From assembly GCA_951406725.2 (NCBI GenBank), contig OX597837.1, forward strand, positions 3,162,001 to 3,226,000: 64,000 nucleotides of DNA, in the 5' to 3' direction. The notes beneath the pieces are model-generated. The model searched no databases. It was not told the origin of the DNA and was given only the letters and a program-made list of their open reading frames with translations. This DNA is from Octopus vulgaris. Its lineage: Eukaryota. This document shows positions 43,920 through 58,062 of this stretch, in pieces (the stretch's first letter is position 1; each line of letters opens with the position of its first letter). The translations under genes were made by a program, and so were the position numbers.

Positions 43920-45233
43920 TGTTCGCCCAGGCATTTATTTTTATTTTTTTTTTTGCGAAATATGTACAAAAATACGGAGTTTATGATTCATGTGTGAGTG
44001 TGTGTTCTTGATACTCGTTTAGAACAAGTAGTTTTACACCAATTACACTATTTTTTCTTAGTTTAAAGGCCGTGGACTGAAGATGTGAAATTTCCGATGC
44101 CTCTCCCCCACCCCCCTTTCGCGAGCGCGCATTTTTTTCATCATATTCGTTTAGAGCAAGTTGTTTTACACCTATTACGCTATTTTTGTTTTTGTTTTTG
44201 TGCCTGATTAGACGCTTTTGGAAATTCCCGATATAAATTTTCTGAGGCCTCTCCCCCACCCCTCTTTCGCGAGTGCGCATTTTTTTGTCATATTCGTATA
44301 GAGCAAGTTGTTTTACACATATTACACTATTTTTTTTGTTTTGGTGCCCGGGTCAGCCCCTCAGACGCTTTCGGAAATTCTCGATGTGAATTTTCCGAGG
44401 CCTCTCCCCACCCCCTTTCGCATGCGGGCATTTTTTTTTTCATATTCGTTCATAGGAAGTTGTTTTACACCTATTACACACATTTTTTTTTTGATTCTCT
44501 GATACCCATAATAATATTTATGGCAAAATAGTCTTAATTTCATTTAAGGTTGTGGGAAACCACTAACTATCCTTTCTTTCGCTTTGTTTACATTTAGCGT
44601 AACAGTTCGTTTCTGCCATAATGATTTCAAATAGGCTCATTCGAAAAAGTAAAAAGAAATAGTCTAAGGCTTTACTTTCCTGGGAAAGTCTGTGGCTTCG
44701 TCCTTTTCTTCAGAAAAATCACCGAAAGAAACAGTTTTTAAATTTTCACTCCATTCAGGTGCCAATTCATTTTCTTTATCGCTGTCGGAGCTCTCGGATT
44801 CACTGTTTTCACTTTCGGAAAATGAAACATCAGATTCATTATCAAATACCACGTGCTTTTTTTTTTCAGTCATAGAGTTAGATTTATAGAGGTCTTCAAT
44901 AGAAAATCCTTCGAATTCTGACTCACTGCTTGATATAATGAAATTCGTATCCATTTTTTGTCAGAATTACAAATTTCGAAAACACAATAGGAACAAATTT
45001 CGGAAAAAAATCTCCCAAAATTCACGGAATTAAAATTACACTTCGATTGTTGTACAAAACTGTAGTTGAACTGTTTACGAAGTATAATACGTGTTTTCAC
45101 GAATGTACTAAAGAGATTTGCTCTGATATTCTCATTTAAATATGAATAGGTAAATACGGGCGGGTTTGGGCGGTTTGGTCACATTAACCAAAATTTTTTT
45201 CGGGCAGCTTTGGGCAGTTTGGTAACGAAAGGG
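43920..45233 (-). mobile_element. piggyBac-like deletion derivative
   Basis: Minus-strand terminus tgaa-CCCTTTCGTTACC resembles the local MITE ends. Acidic N-terminal ORF 44954-44664 (SESEFEGF..W). Internal tandem repeats. The other end was not found. Confidence 0.65.
44010..44485. repeat. ~3.3 copies of a 135-150-bp tandem repeat
   Basis: Recurring catattcgt..agagcaagttgttttacacc and gcctctccccacccc..tttcgc blocks. Confidence 0.88.
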
Positions 45234-45324
45234 TTCATGTAGTCCAAGATATACCACACTTATTCATGAGTTAGATGTATGTTTATTTTCTCAATTTCTA
45301 AATCTAAAAATCAGAAAGTAAATG

Positions 45325-47329
45325 TTGGGCTTCCCAAGAAGAAGAAACACAAGCCCTGGGCAACGAAGAAGGTTAAACGAGAACGTCGACTCAGAGATAT
45401 TGCTTGGGCTGAATTCAAAAATCTGGATTCGACTGCAGCTTTTGAGGTGTACAAAACTCAACGAGACCGAGCCGTGGAAATTGAAAAGAGAGAACGCTTC
45501 AGTTATGAATACAAAATCGCGGCAAATGCCAGTAGCAATCCAAAAACCTTCTTTGCCCATGTCCAGCAGAATTCCCGCTTGAACAACCAGATTGCAACGT
45601 TGGTAGACTCAACAGGCGTATCGATTGAGGACCCTTATCAACAGAGTCAATTATTTGCCGAGGCTTTTTCAACTATTTTCAAACAAGATGATGGTCGTGA
45701 ACCCCCTCCATTTGATAGATCGGTACCTCAATGCTTCGATTGGTCATCACGCGGGACGAAGTCAAACGTGTTATTCAAGGCCTCGATGTCAACAAGGGTC
45801 ACAGCCCTGACGGCATACACCCACGGGTTATCAAAGCATTGGCTCCGGTCATCTGCGAGCCCTTAACACGACTATTCAATATGTCATTGGCGACGGGTGT
45901 TATACCTGCAGACTGGAGAACAGCGATAATCTGCCCAATTTTCAAGAAAGGGAGCCGCGAAGACCCGCTTAACTACCGACCGGTTTCCCTTACATCAATA
46001 ATCAGCAAGATGTTCGAAACCATCCTTAAGAAAAATATGATGCTCCACCTCCTAAACACAGCCTCTATCTCTGATTCCCAACACGGCTTCGTGCCGAAGA
46101 GATCATGCTTGACCAACTTACTAGTAATGGAAGAATTGGTGACGTGCATCCTCGATGATAGTGATGCTGTTGACATTGTTTTATTGGACTTTGCCAAAGC
46201 GTTTGACTCGGTAAACCACCGCCTATTACTTGTCAAGCTTCAAGCATATAGTTTCCATCCGGATATTATACGATGGGTTGGTGCCTTCCTCTCAGATCGC
46301 TCCTTCCAAGTCCAAGTTAATGGTTCGCGGTCTGACGTCTCCAGTGCGAGCAGTGGCGTGCCTCAAGGTTCAGTGCTTGGGCCCTTGTTGTTCTTAGTCT
46401 TCATAAATGACTTGCCCGACGACCTCACGCAACACACCCTTCTATTTGCCGACGATATCAAACTGGTCGCTCCTCGCGGTAATATAGAGGATCTTCGTCG
46501 ATGCCTCCACCAAATTTGGAAGTGGTCTAACGATTGGAACCTGTGTCTGAACGTGTCAAAGTGCTGTCATCTGCCTGTCGGCTCTACTCCTGCAACTCAA
46601 CTTGATTTCGAGCCGGGTCGTCTGCTGCTGGAGAGGACCGATCAGGTAAAGGACCTGGGTATCTTGGTGGATTCCTCCTTTTCGCCTTCGGCCCAGTGCG
46701 TCCATGCTGCCAATAAAGCACGCGGAATTCTGTTCTTGATTCGACGGTCATTCGGAATGCTCACAGCAGCCATATTCCTACCACTCTATGTCACGCTGGT
46801 GAGACCCATATTGGAGTATGGGATTCAGGCCTCTTCTCCTTATCTCCTCAAAGACATACAGCATCTCGAAAGAGTCCAGAGGCTGGCTACCCGCATGGTT
46901 CATGGTCTCAAAAATTTGTCCTACGAAGAAAGGCTGAGGAGGCTCGACCTTTATTCTCTTGAAAAACGCCGCCGCCGTGGTGATTTCATTCTCGCCCACA
47001 ACATTATAAGCGGAAAGTGTAACCTCTCGAAAGAGCTGTTCTTCACTCCTGCTCCAGAGCGTCGGCTGCAGGGTCATTCCGAAAAGCTCTACCTGCGACG
47101 ATTTCATCTCAATCGAAGGAGAGGAGCTTTCTCCGTCCGGGTTGCGGATCCGTGGAACAAGCTGCCAGATGAGATGGTGAAGATGCCGACGACCGCTTTG
47201 TTCAAAGCCTCCCTGGACCTCAAGTGGCCTGAACTCTTTACATGAACACCACCCTGTACTTAACTCCATGTCCCCCTACATGGCCTTGCTATTTGCTTTT
47301 GAGCCAAATTAACTAACTAACTAACTAAC
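45325..47329 (+). mobile_element. CR1-clade LINE, 5'-truncated, RT frame open over 504 aa, (TAAC)n tail
   Basis: PDGIHP, NYRPVSLTS, QHGF, DFAKAFDSV, GVPQGSVLGP, FADD, KDLG, LERVQR. One frameshift near 45730. Confidence 0.93.
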
Positions 47330-47801
47330 ATACACGACTAAATATTACTTATTTATACAGGAGAACTAAATGTTACCTATTTTTTAATTTCCTGGCCAAG
47401 GTCATGGCTGGAAGGAACTTTCATCTATTGTCCATGCTAAGCGATGTGTAATAAAGTGTTAAAATCCTTTTAATAATGTTACATTTATCCAGGATAGAGA
47501 GAATATATCAATCATTCATTATATTTCATGTGTATGCATCAGAGATAAAAAAGTTTATACCTGCTGGATTCGAATCCCACCATAGCTTATCTGCAGGATG
47601 AGTTAGACTTAACCCTTCACTTTGGGTGCCCTTAGTGACCTCTATTCTGTAATTAATATTCAAGTCAGGTCTCAGGCTTGAGGAGACTATCCTCCTCCCT
47701 CCTCTCTTCTTTCCTAATAGTCTCTGGCCACTGGCCCCACCTCCTGACCAAAGAATAAAAAAAAAACTATCAATCTACACATTAAATTAAATTGTTCTAC
47801 T

Positions 47802-48173
47802 CTTTTACTTGTTTCAGTCATTTGACTTTGGCCATGCTGGAGCACCGCCTTTAGTCGAGCAAATCAACCCTAGGATTTATTCTTTGTAAGCCTGGTACTT
47901 ATTCTATCAGTCTCTTTTGCCGAACTGCTAAGTTACGGGGATGTAAACACACCAGCATCGGTTGTGAAGCGATGTTGGGGGGGGGAAAAACACAGACACA
48001 CAAACATATATATATACACATATATACGACGGGCTTCTTTCAGTTTCCATCACAAGGCTTTGGTTGGCCCGAGGCTATAGTAGAAGACACTTGCCCAAGG
48101 TGCCACGCAGTGGGACTGAACCCAGAACCATGTGGTTCATAAGCAAGCTACTTACCACACAGCCACTCCTACA
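47802..48173 (-). mobile_element. Near-complete tRNA-derived SINE of the most abundant family. Other copies at 1-50, 15000-15335, 17330-17650, 19240-19440, 27295-27450, 31570-31960, 37080-37235 and 51800-51970
   Basis: Head tggctgtgtggtaag..ggttcagtccc (A/B-box-like), internal TA/CA tract, tail ggcggtgctccagcatggcc..gactgaaacaagtaaaag. Confidence 0.85.
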
Positions 48174-49127
48174 CCTGTTCTGTTTACATTTACAGAGATA
48201 GTGATTTAAATTATATCATAATTAAAAAAAAAGTTAAAATTTCATATTTATAATTAAAAAAGTTAAAATTTCATAATTAATTTGTAATTAAAAAAGTTGA
48301 AATTTTATACAAATCCTGTATATTTGATATTCCTGACAAAGAAATTCAAAGACTTTCTTTTTTGTGTTTGAAGAAAAGGATTTCAAAAAGTTCACTTAAA
48401 TATATACGAGTTTTAAAACAGTACAACCCATGCCAGCATAGAAAAAAGACATTGAATAATGAGTGATGAAGGATGATGTAATGATGACAAAACAATGCAG
48501 CAAGAGAAGGTCATTAACCCTTTTCGTTTCAGTTAATTTAAAAATTAATGAAGAATTTTGGAAAATAACTTTGCCGTTCTTAAAATGGTGTTTGAAATAA
48601 AATCAGATGAAATTTTAATGGAATGTTTTTAATTTAAATTACTTTAAACATAAAATTCAAATGATAGAACCAGGAGCAGTCTCAGACAGGTGGATATCAA
48701 AACGGTTTGTCATTATCACACTCTAATTTTTCCTCATCTGATACTGGATCACCACCTCCAGTGCCCTCTTCGTTATAGCAAGACACCTGTTTCTGCCTCT
48801 CTGTCATCCTCTGACCTTTCATCTTCTGACACGAGTTCCCCACCTCACACAAGAGTCTGTGATGTTCTCACATACTTTCAATGACCGAGTTAAGAAAAAA
48901 AAAAGAAAAAAAACACAGCTACTTTTGATGGTCTTTTTTCCAGAGTCTTTCTCCCCAAACACAACAAAACTTTAAACATTAATGGGAAAGAAATGACACA
49001 CCACCCCATCTCAGACCAGGGAAACTTGAATGCCTTGAAAAAAAAATGAACGCTACAAAAGACATCCATGGGCCAGGAAGAGGAGAAGGAGGTGGTGGTG
49101 TTAAACCAGGCAATAATCAAGGGTAAG

Positions 49128-49177
<50 letters not shown>

Positions 49178-50856
49178 TAGTGAGATATCATGGAGGCTGT
49201 CGAATGAAGTTGATCTAGAAAACGGTGTGATCCAATTCCTTATTGTTAAAACTGTGACAGACAGACAAATAAAGTAGAAGAGGGGGGAGAGTCTAAAGAG
49301 TGAGGTGAATGGAAGAGGGGGAGAGGCAGACTATGGAAGAGAAGGAAAGGAAAAGGGAAAAGACGAGGCCATAGAGAAGATTTCTGAAAGGGAAGAAGGC
49401 TGAGGTGATAAAATGACAACAATGATGATGACTTAGTACTATGTAGGGTCAAGCATAAGAAAGAGCCCCCACATGGCAAATGAACCTGCCAAAAACAGCA
49501 GCCAAGTTTCCCTCAAACCACATCCTAACATCTTGAATAAGGAAAGGACTCATCAGGTAGTGTAGTCACCTCACACAACCTTAAAAAACAAGATGGTCAT
49601 GGCTGGAATGGAATGCTTTCGATCAGACCTGACCAGTAGTTAAACAACATGACGATGATGATGACCATCAACATGATGCTGATTATTACAATTATGATGG
49701 TGATGGCTGAATGCTGATGGCTATGATGATGATGATGATGATGATGGAAATGATGATGTAATATTCAGACTGCTGCTGCTGCAGATGAGGATGGTGATGA
49801 CAGCCATGGTTTTCCATAATACAATTCCATTTTTAGTTCTACGAAGCCATTATAAGGAATAGAAATCGGTGGAGTTTCAGAACAGATTTCCCCAACCTGA
49901 TGGGGGCAGGAAAGAATTTAAAAAAAACAACTCTTAAGTTACAGAATGGAGAGGAGGAAGTGGGGTGGGGGTCAAAATGTTCAAAATTCAAAATTCTGGG
50001 AAGAAAATAAAATTCTCAGAATTTTAATTATTGTTGCCAAAGATGAAAGGTAAAACTGTACAGCAAAGAGGACAATGATGGTGGTGGTGATGATGATGAC
50101 AATGATGATAATGGTGGTGGTGGCAAAGGTGATAAAAGTAGTGGCGATAGTGTTGATGTTGATAGTGATGATGGTGGTGGTGGTGATGATAGTGATGATG
50201 ATGATGATGGTGGTGATGATAGTGATTATGATGATGTTTGGTGGTGGTAAAAGTGACAAAGGTAGTGGCAATGGTGGTGGTGATGTTGACAGTGACGACG
50301 ACGATGATGATGGCAGTGGTAAAGGTGACAATAGTGGAATAGTGGTGGTGGTGGTGGGGATGATGATGATGATGGCAATGATGGCATAACAGTATTGTTG
50401 ATCACAGAACAAGTGGAAATGAAATGATGAAGGTTGTAGTAGTGGTGGTTGTGGTGGTGATCGTAGTAGCAGTTGCAGCAGCAGCGGTAGTGGTGGTGGC
50501 AATGATGACAACAGTGCAAAATTTAAAATGATGAGAGCGATGATGTAATCGACGCTAACCTAACAACAGTAAACAGAAATCAGAGAAAAGACTTTAACCA
50601 AAAGACTGGAGGAGGGGGAGGGAGGAGAGAGGAGACGGGGAGTGGAGAGAGGTGGCGATGAGAGGGAAAGAGAAAGAAAAAAATAAGGACTAACGGATGA
50701 AGACACAGATTGATAGATAAGAGGTAGAGAGAAATGATGTATATATATATATATATGTGTGTGTATATGTGTATATATGTGTGTGTGTGTATATATATAT
50801 ATATATGTATGTCTATATATATGAGTATATAAACACATATATATATGTTTATATAT

Positions 50857-51660
50857 GTTTCACTGCCATGTAGCATAGCTGTTCATACACATGCATCATA
50901 CAGTCTGCCTTTTACTCTGAGCGAGAGGCCTTTTGTCACCAGCAGAGGTAAGAGCTCTCTGAACTTTGCCCAGGCTATTCTTACTCTAGCAGTTACACTT
51001 TCAGCACACCCACCCCCTACTAACTTGATCACCTAGGTAATGGAAGCTATCAACTATTTCTAGTTTTTCTCCCTGGAATGTGGCGGGAGATGGTCTCTGC
51101 ATATTTTCAGTGTTTATTGCTCCTGAGCATCTGCCACATACAAAAACTATCTTCCTAGTTAGCCTTCCTTTGACATTGCTGCACCTCTTATGTGTCCATA
51201 GCTTACACTTGGTGCATCTTATAGAGTTTCTACCTACGCCTTTTCTACAGATCGAGCAGGGCCATCTACCTGAAGGTGTTTGTGATTTGTCTACCTTGCT
51301 ACTTATTAGAACTTAGGTTTTAGCTAGGTTGACTCTAAGGCCCTTCGATTCTAATCTTTGCTTCCACACCTGAAACCTCTCCTCCAGTTCTGATAGTGAC
51401 TCAGCAATAGGGCAAGGTCAATAGCATAGAGGAGCTCCCAGGGGCATCCTGTCATGAATTCCTCCATTATTGCTTGGAGTACTAAACCTTGGTGGACCCC
51501 AACCTCTACCCGGAATTCTTCACTGTACTCATTGCCAACCCTCACCTTACTAACAGCGTCCCTGTACATGGCTCATACAGCTCTCACTAACCATTCATCT
51601 ATCCCTAGTTTCCTCATTGACCACCAGATAAGGGATCGGGGGACCCTGTCAAAGGCTTTC
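50857..51660 (-). mobile_element. RTE LINE internal RT fragment with an intact PHD insert
   Basis: KAFDRVP, GVHQG, LLYA.DL, then WPCSIC..CTKC..HKRC..CGRC and FHYLG. Confidence 0.9.
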
Positions 51661-52997
51661 TTCAGAGGTTTATCTGTAAAACCACCTTTCCTTCACTGAG
51701 TGTCTGCTAATACTTTACATGTACCATATGCTCGCGTTGCTGTTTTTTTTTGTGTTTGTTGTTCTTTTTTGGTATTTACTTTATATATATACACACACAT
51801 ACATACTGATGTTAGTGTGTTTATATTCCTCATAACTTAGCTGTCTGGCAAAAGAGACTGATGGAATAAGTACCAAGCTTAAAAAATTAGGAACTTGTGT
51901 TCGATCTGCTTGATTAAATTTCAAGGCAGTACTCCAGTATGACCACAGCCAAGTGACTGAAGCAAAAAGAAGATTAAAAAAAACCTTACAGACTATTATG
52001 AAATGCTAAAACGTTTCATTTCACAATACTATTCCTGTGCTTATTTTGGAGTGTTCTTAGAATGTCTGTCTCAAGATGTTTCAGCTCCAATGCACAGTAC
52101 AAGTGGTGGTGGTGGTGGCGGGTTCACTACTACATAATGCTATATGGTGCTGGGTGGGAGTGTTCGTGTTGTCTGACAAAGGCAGACAGGGATCGGCAGA
52201 TCTGTCAGGTCAATGAACTTCCCAGTACTGACACTACAATACTGTAAGAGGTGTCTGTGCATGTATATACATTGTATATACATTATGTGTGTGTGTGTGT
52301 GTGTGTGCATTGATATGCCTGTATGTACATACACATATACACATCATATTCATTATATATACATCTATGTACGCATGTAAGTACGTATATATGTATGAAG
52401 GTATGTATATAGAAAAGGAGAGATAAAAAGAGGGAGAAAAACTGCAATTAGAATATTAAAAGGTCCTCCAAAATGTTGGAAAAAATATTAAATAATGATG
52501 ATGATGATGATGAAAGTGGGAGAAAATTGAGTATTGAAAGGTGGACAATATAGATAAGGAAACAGATAGACAAGGTGGACAGGTGGACAGTGAACTCTCT
52601 CTCTTTTTTATATATATATATTTTATATATATATTTTTTATATATATTTTTTATATTTTTTATTTTTTTATTTTTTTTTATTTTTTTATTTTTTTTTTTT
52701 TATTTTTATTTTTTTTTTTTTTTATTTTTTTTTATTTTTTTTTTTATTTTTTTTTATTTTTTTTTTTTTTTATTTATCTATTTTATTTATCTATTCTTTC
52801 ATCTAACTTACCACTGACTCCTTGACCACTCCCCGAGTATGATATTTTGCGCTATGCCTACCCCCAAAAAGTCCCCCACCACCACTCCTTTAAACCTGCC
52901 TAAATGTATAAATGCTAATACAATTCTTGTTAAATAGCTTCCTGAAGATTTCTCTTGAATGAAACAGTACTAGTCCTGTAGAAGCTCCTTCTATATA

Positions 52998-53039
<42 letters not shown>

Positions 53040-53520
53040 ACTTGCTAGAAACAGAAACCAAATATCCTTCAATTCACGTCTTAACAGCTTAAACGAGTAA
53101 AGGACCCATAGATTAATGTAAATTTAGACACAGTTTAAGAGAGAACAAAATGGTCACGCCTGCAGAGCTTTTGTTCACAGGTCTTGATGGCTGAGCGTTG
53201 ACCTGACATATATAGTCAGACATAAATAAATCGATAAATAAATGAAAGCACACAAATATTCATACACAAATATACACCACACACACACACACAATAAAGC
53301 TTCACTAAACACACACATACAAACATGAGCACGCGCACATACATTAGTCTATTGTGTGGTGGCGTTCAACATAAACACACATCTGTTCATGTATATATAT
53401 ATATACACACGTGTATGTATATACACAATATCCACAACAAAAATATACATAAACATTACACACACACACTTTATATACTTTGAAATGCTTTCAGCCATCT
53501 GGATGCATCTATGCTGGAGC

Positions 53521-53555
<35 letters not shown>

Positions 53556-54049
53556 TATATATTTAATTGTTATGGGGTAAACGGAATTCTTCATAGTAAA
53601 AGGTTTCGTGCAGCAGATGTCAGTATGACAAAGTAATTCTGTTTAAAAACACAAATATATCAAAGCACAGACTTTCAAGACAATACCCCCACACACCTGT
53701 CTTAGACTGTTGGAACAGGTGAGAGTATTCAGCAATCTATTGATCGATTTATATATTAAACACACACAGATATACATATAAAAAATACATATGTATATTG
53801 CTCTACCTCCGGTTTTCAAGTACTAATTTTTCCACCTTGTTTCATATTTACATATTATGTATATATATATATATATATACACACATACATACATATATAT
53901 ATATACACATACATACATATATATATATACACATACATACATATATATATATATACATACATACATATATATATATACACATACATACATATATATATAT
54001 ACACATACATACATATATATATACACATACATACATATATATATATACA

Positions 54050-54089
<40 letters not shown>

Positions 54090-54114
54090 TACACACATAC
54101 ATATATATATATAT

Positions 54115-54147
<33 letters not shown>

Positions 54148-54149
54148 CA

Positions 54150-54205
<56 letters not shown>

Positions 54206-54236
54206 CACACATACATATATATATATATACACACAT

Positions 54237-54281
<45 letters not shown>

Positions 54282-54284
<3 letters not shown>

Positions 54285-55067
54285 TCATCATCATCATCAT
54301 CATCAATTAACGTCCGCTTTCCATGCTAGCATGGGTTGGACGGTTCAACTGGGGTCTGGGGAGCCCGAAGGCTGCACCAGGCCAGTCAGATCTGGCAGTG
54401 TTTCTACAGCTGGATGCCCTTCCTGACGCCAACCACTCCGAGAGTGTAGTGGGTGATTTTATGTGCCACCGACACAGGTGCCAGACAAGGCTGGCGAACG
54501 GCCATGCTCGGATGGTGTTTTTTATGTGCCACCGACACAAGTGCCAGATGAGGCTGGCGAACGGCCACGATCGGATGGTGTTTTTATGTGCCACCGACAC
54601 AAGTGCCAGATGAGGCTGGCGAACGGCCACGATCGGATGGTGTTTGTTACGTGCCCACAGCACGGAGGCCAGTCGATGCGGTACTGGCTACAGCCACGTT
54701 CGGATGGATTTCTTTATGGCACTGGTGCCATAAAGATACAAATTCCATTGATGTTCATCTATTTTGATTTTTTGATTTTGATTTTCACTTGCCTCAACAG
54801 GTCTTCTTGCCTCAACAGGTCTCCTTGCCTCAACAGGTCTTCACAAGTGTCACACACTTGCCTCAACAGGTCTTCACAAGTGTCATAAGAAGGAAGGTAT
54901 GCACAGGTGGACTGACTACGTCCCAGGTAGGGGCCACGGGTTATGGCCTGACTAGTCTTGCCGGGTATTCGGATGGTGTTTTTATGTGCCACCGACACAG
55001 GTGCCAGATGAGGCTGGCGAACGGCCACGATCGGATGGTGTTTGTTACGTGCCCACAGCACGGAAGC
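54282..55067 (-). mobile_element. RTE 3'UTR-derived element
   Basis: Reverse complement of the modules at 7320-8165 and 59390-60225. Confidence 0.87.
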
Positions 55068-55306
55068 CAATATATACATACATATATATATATACATATA
55101 TATACATACATATATATATACATACATATATACATACATATATATATACATACATATATATATATACATATATATATACATACATATATCTACATACATA
55201 CATATATATACATACATACATACATATATACATACATATACATACATACATATATACATATATACATACATATACATACATACATATATACATATATATA
55301 CATATA

Positions 55307-55342
<36 letters not shown>

Positions 55343-55359
55343 CATACATACATACATAC

Positions 55360-56625
55360 ACTATGACTGGGTGCTGAAACGACTGCTCAACCACTCAAAT
55401 GTGGAAGTCATATATCTCGACTTTGCAAAGGCCTTAGATAAAGTCGATCATGGAATGCTAAGTCATAAACTGCGTGATCTTGGCATAGTTGGAAAATTGG
55501 GAGAATGGCTTCATGACTTTCTGAAGGATAGAAGTCAGGAGTGAGCGGTGTTCCGCAGGGCACTGTTTTGGGACCACTACTGTTCATAACGGCCCTCTCA
55601 GACATGCCCTCAGCCACGATCACAAGTTATGCAGATGATACAAAAGTTTCACAGGCAATACAGAACCCTGAAGACACTAAGCACCTGCAATGTGAGCTGG
55701 ACAAAATACACAAGTGGGCCGAAAAGAATAGCATGCAGTTCAATGCTGAAAAGTTTCAAGCTCTATGCTATCAGTACGCAAAACTAAATGCAATACCCAA
55801 TAAATACACTGGACCTGGAGGGACTGCAATCCCAGATGCACAATCAGTGCGAGACCTGGGTATTTACATGAGTGATGATGTAACCTTTCATGTGCATGTT
55901 GCTAAATTGGCAATGAAATGTAGGCAGCTGACCGGATGGATTCTCAGAACCTTCAGAACAAGAGACCAGGAAACCATGATGGTCCTCTGGAGGACACTTG
56001 TCCTAAGCCATTTTGACTATTGCTCTCAGCTATGGTCACCATCCAGTGTCAAGTTAATCACAGAACTTGAGGCGATCCAACGAAGCTACACGAAGAAGAT
56101 AGCCTCTGTGCAGCATATAAGCTATTGGGAAAGACTCAAGAGATTAAAACTATATTCCCTGGAGCGTAGGCGAGAAAGATATGCCATAATATACATCTGG
56201 AAGATCCTAGAAGGACTTGTCCTAAACATTGGCATCGAGAGTTACACAAATGCCAGAACTGGGCGTCACTGTGTAGTGCCAAGGATTCAAAATTTGCCAT
56301 CAAGAAGTAGGACAAGATACTGTGATAGCCTGGGCTTCCGAGGTCCACAGCTCTTCAATATCCTCCCGAAGAACCTGAGAGACCTGCATGGGGTGGATGC
56401 AGATGTCTTTAAAATGAAGCTAGATCTCTTCCTGTCAGGTATCCCAGATGAACCAACTTCACGGCAGGAGGTGCAGATGAGGGCAGCTGCATCGAACTCT
56501 CTCATGCACCAAATGGCAGTTGCTAGAAAGCATTCGTGAAGTAAAATCATGTAGCAACACCAAATGGCAGTGCCTCAGCATGGCCACAGCTTGTGAGCTG
56601 AAACTAGATAAATAAATAAAATAAA
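55360..56625 (+). mobile_element. CR1-like LINE, second family, 5'-truncated with an internal deletion near 55540, (TAAA)n tail
   Basis: [42 protein letters not shown]. Confidence 0.92.
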
Positions 56626-56639
56626 AAATATATACACAC

Positions 56640-56672
<33 letters not shown>

Positions 56673-56923
56673 CACATATATATACATACATATATTCATA
56701 CATATATATATATACACATACATATATATAAATATATATATATATACACATACATATATATATATACATACATATATACATACATATATATAAATATACA
56801 TATATATACACATACATATATATATATACATACATATATATAAATATACATATATATATATACACATACATATATATACATATATATATATACAAATATA
56901 TATGTATACATACATATATATAA

Positions 56924-56956
<33 letters not shown>

Positions 56957-57006
56957 AATATACATAAATATATACACGTATATACATATATATATACATT
57001 TATACA

Positions 57007-57039
<33 letters not shown>

Positions 57040-57088
57040 GCATTTATACATATATATATATATACGTATATATACAGTAATATACATA

Positions 57089-57119
<31 letters not shown>

Positions 57120-57131
57120 ATATATATACAT

Positions 57132-57166
<35 letters not shown>

Positions 57167-57201
57167 CATACATATATATATATATATACATATATATACA
57201 T

Positions 57202-57246
<45 letters not shown>

Positions 57247-57630
57247 CATATATATATATACATATATATATACATATATATATACATATATATATACATA
57301 TATATATACATATATATATAGACATATATATATAGACATATATATATATACATATATAGACATATATATATACATATATATATATACATATATATACATA
57401 TATATAGATATACATATATATATACATATATATATACATATATATATACATATATATATACATATATATATACATATATATATATATATACATACATATA
57501 TACATATATACATATATATATACAAATATACATATATATATACAAATATACATACATATATACATATATATATACAAATATACATATATATATATACATA
57601 CATATATATATACAAATATACATATATATA

Positions 57631-57666
<36 letters not shown>

Positions 57667-57681
57667 TACATACATATATAT

Positions 57682-57773
<92 letters not shown>

Positions 57774-57832
57774 CATACATATATATATACATACATATAT
57801 ATATATATATACATACATATATATACACATAC

Positions 57833-57872
<40 letters not shown>

Positions 57873-58013
57873 AATATATGTACACATATATATACATATA
57901 TATACATACATATATATATACATACATATATATATATATACATACATACACATATATATACATACATATATATATATACATACATACACATATATATACA
58001 TACATATATATAT

Positions 58014-58060
<47 letters not shown>

Positions 58061-58062
<2 letters not shown>

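Noticed and set aside
47561-47590. Possible 30-nt minus-strand micro-exon (ctgcag-ISYGGIRIQQ-gtataa) or tRNA T-arm-like sequence
   Set aside because: No homology to AGPAT5 and a weak donor; no cloverleaf can be formed.
48090-48173. tRNA gene
   Set aside because: An A/B-box-like head continuous with a SINE body and present in many diverged copies.
52600-52790. Phe/Ile-rich membrane-like ORFs
   Set aside because: T-rich low complexity, possibly poorly polished sequence.
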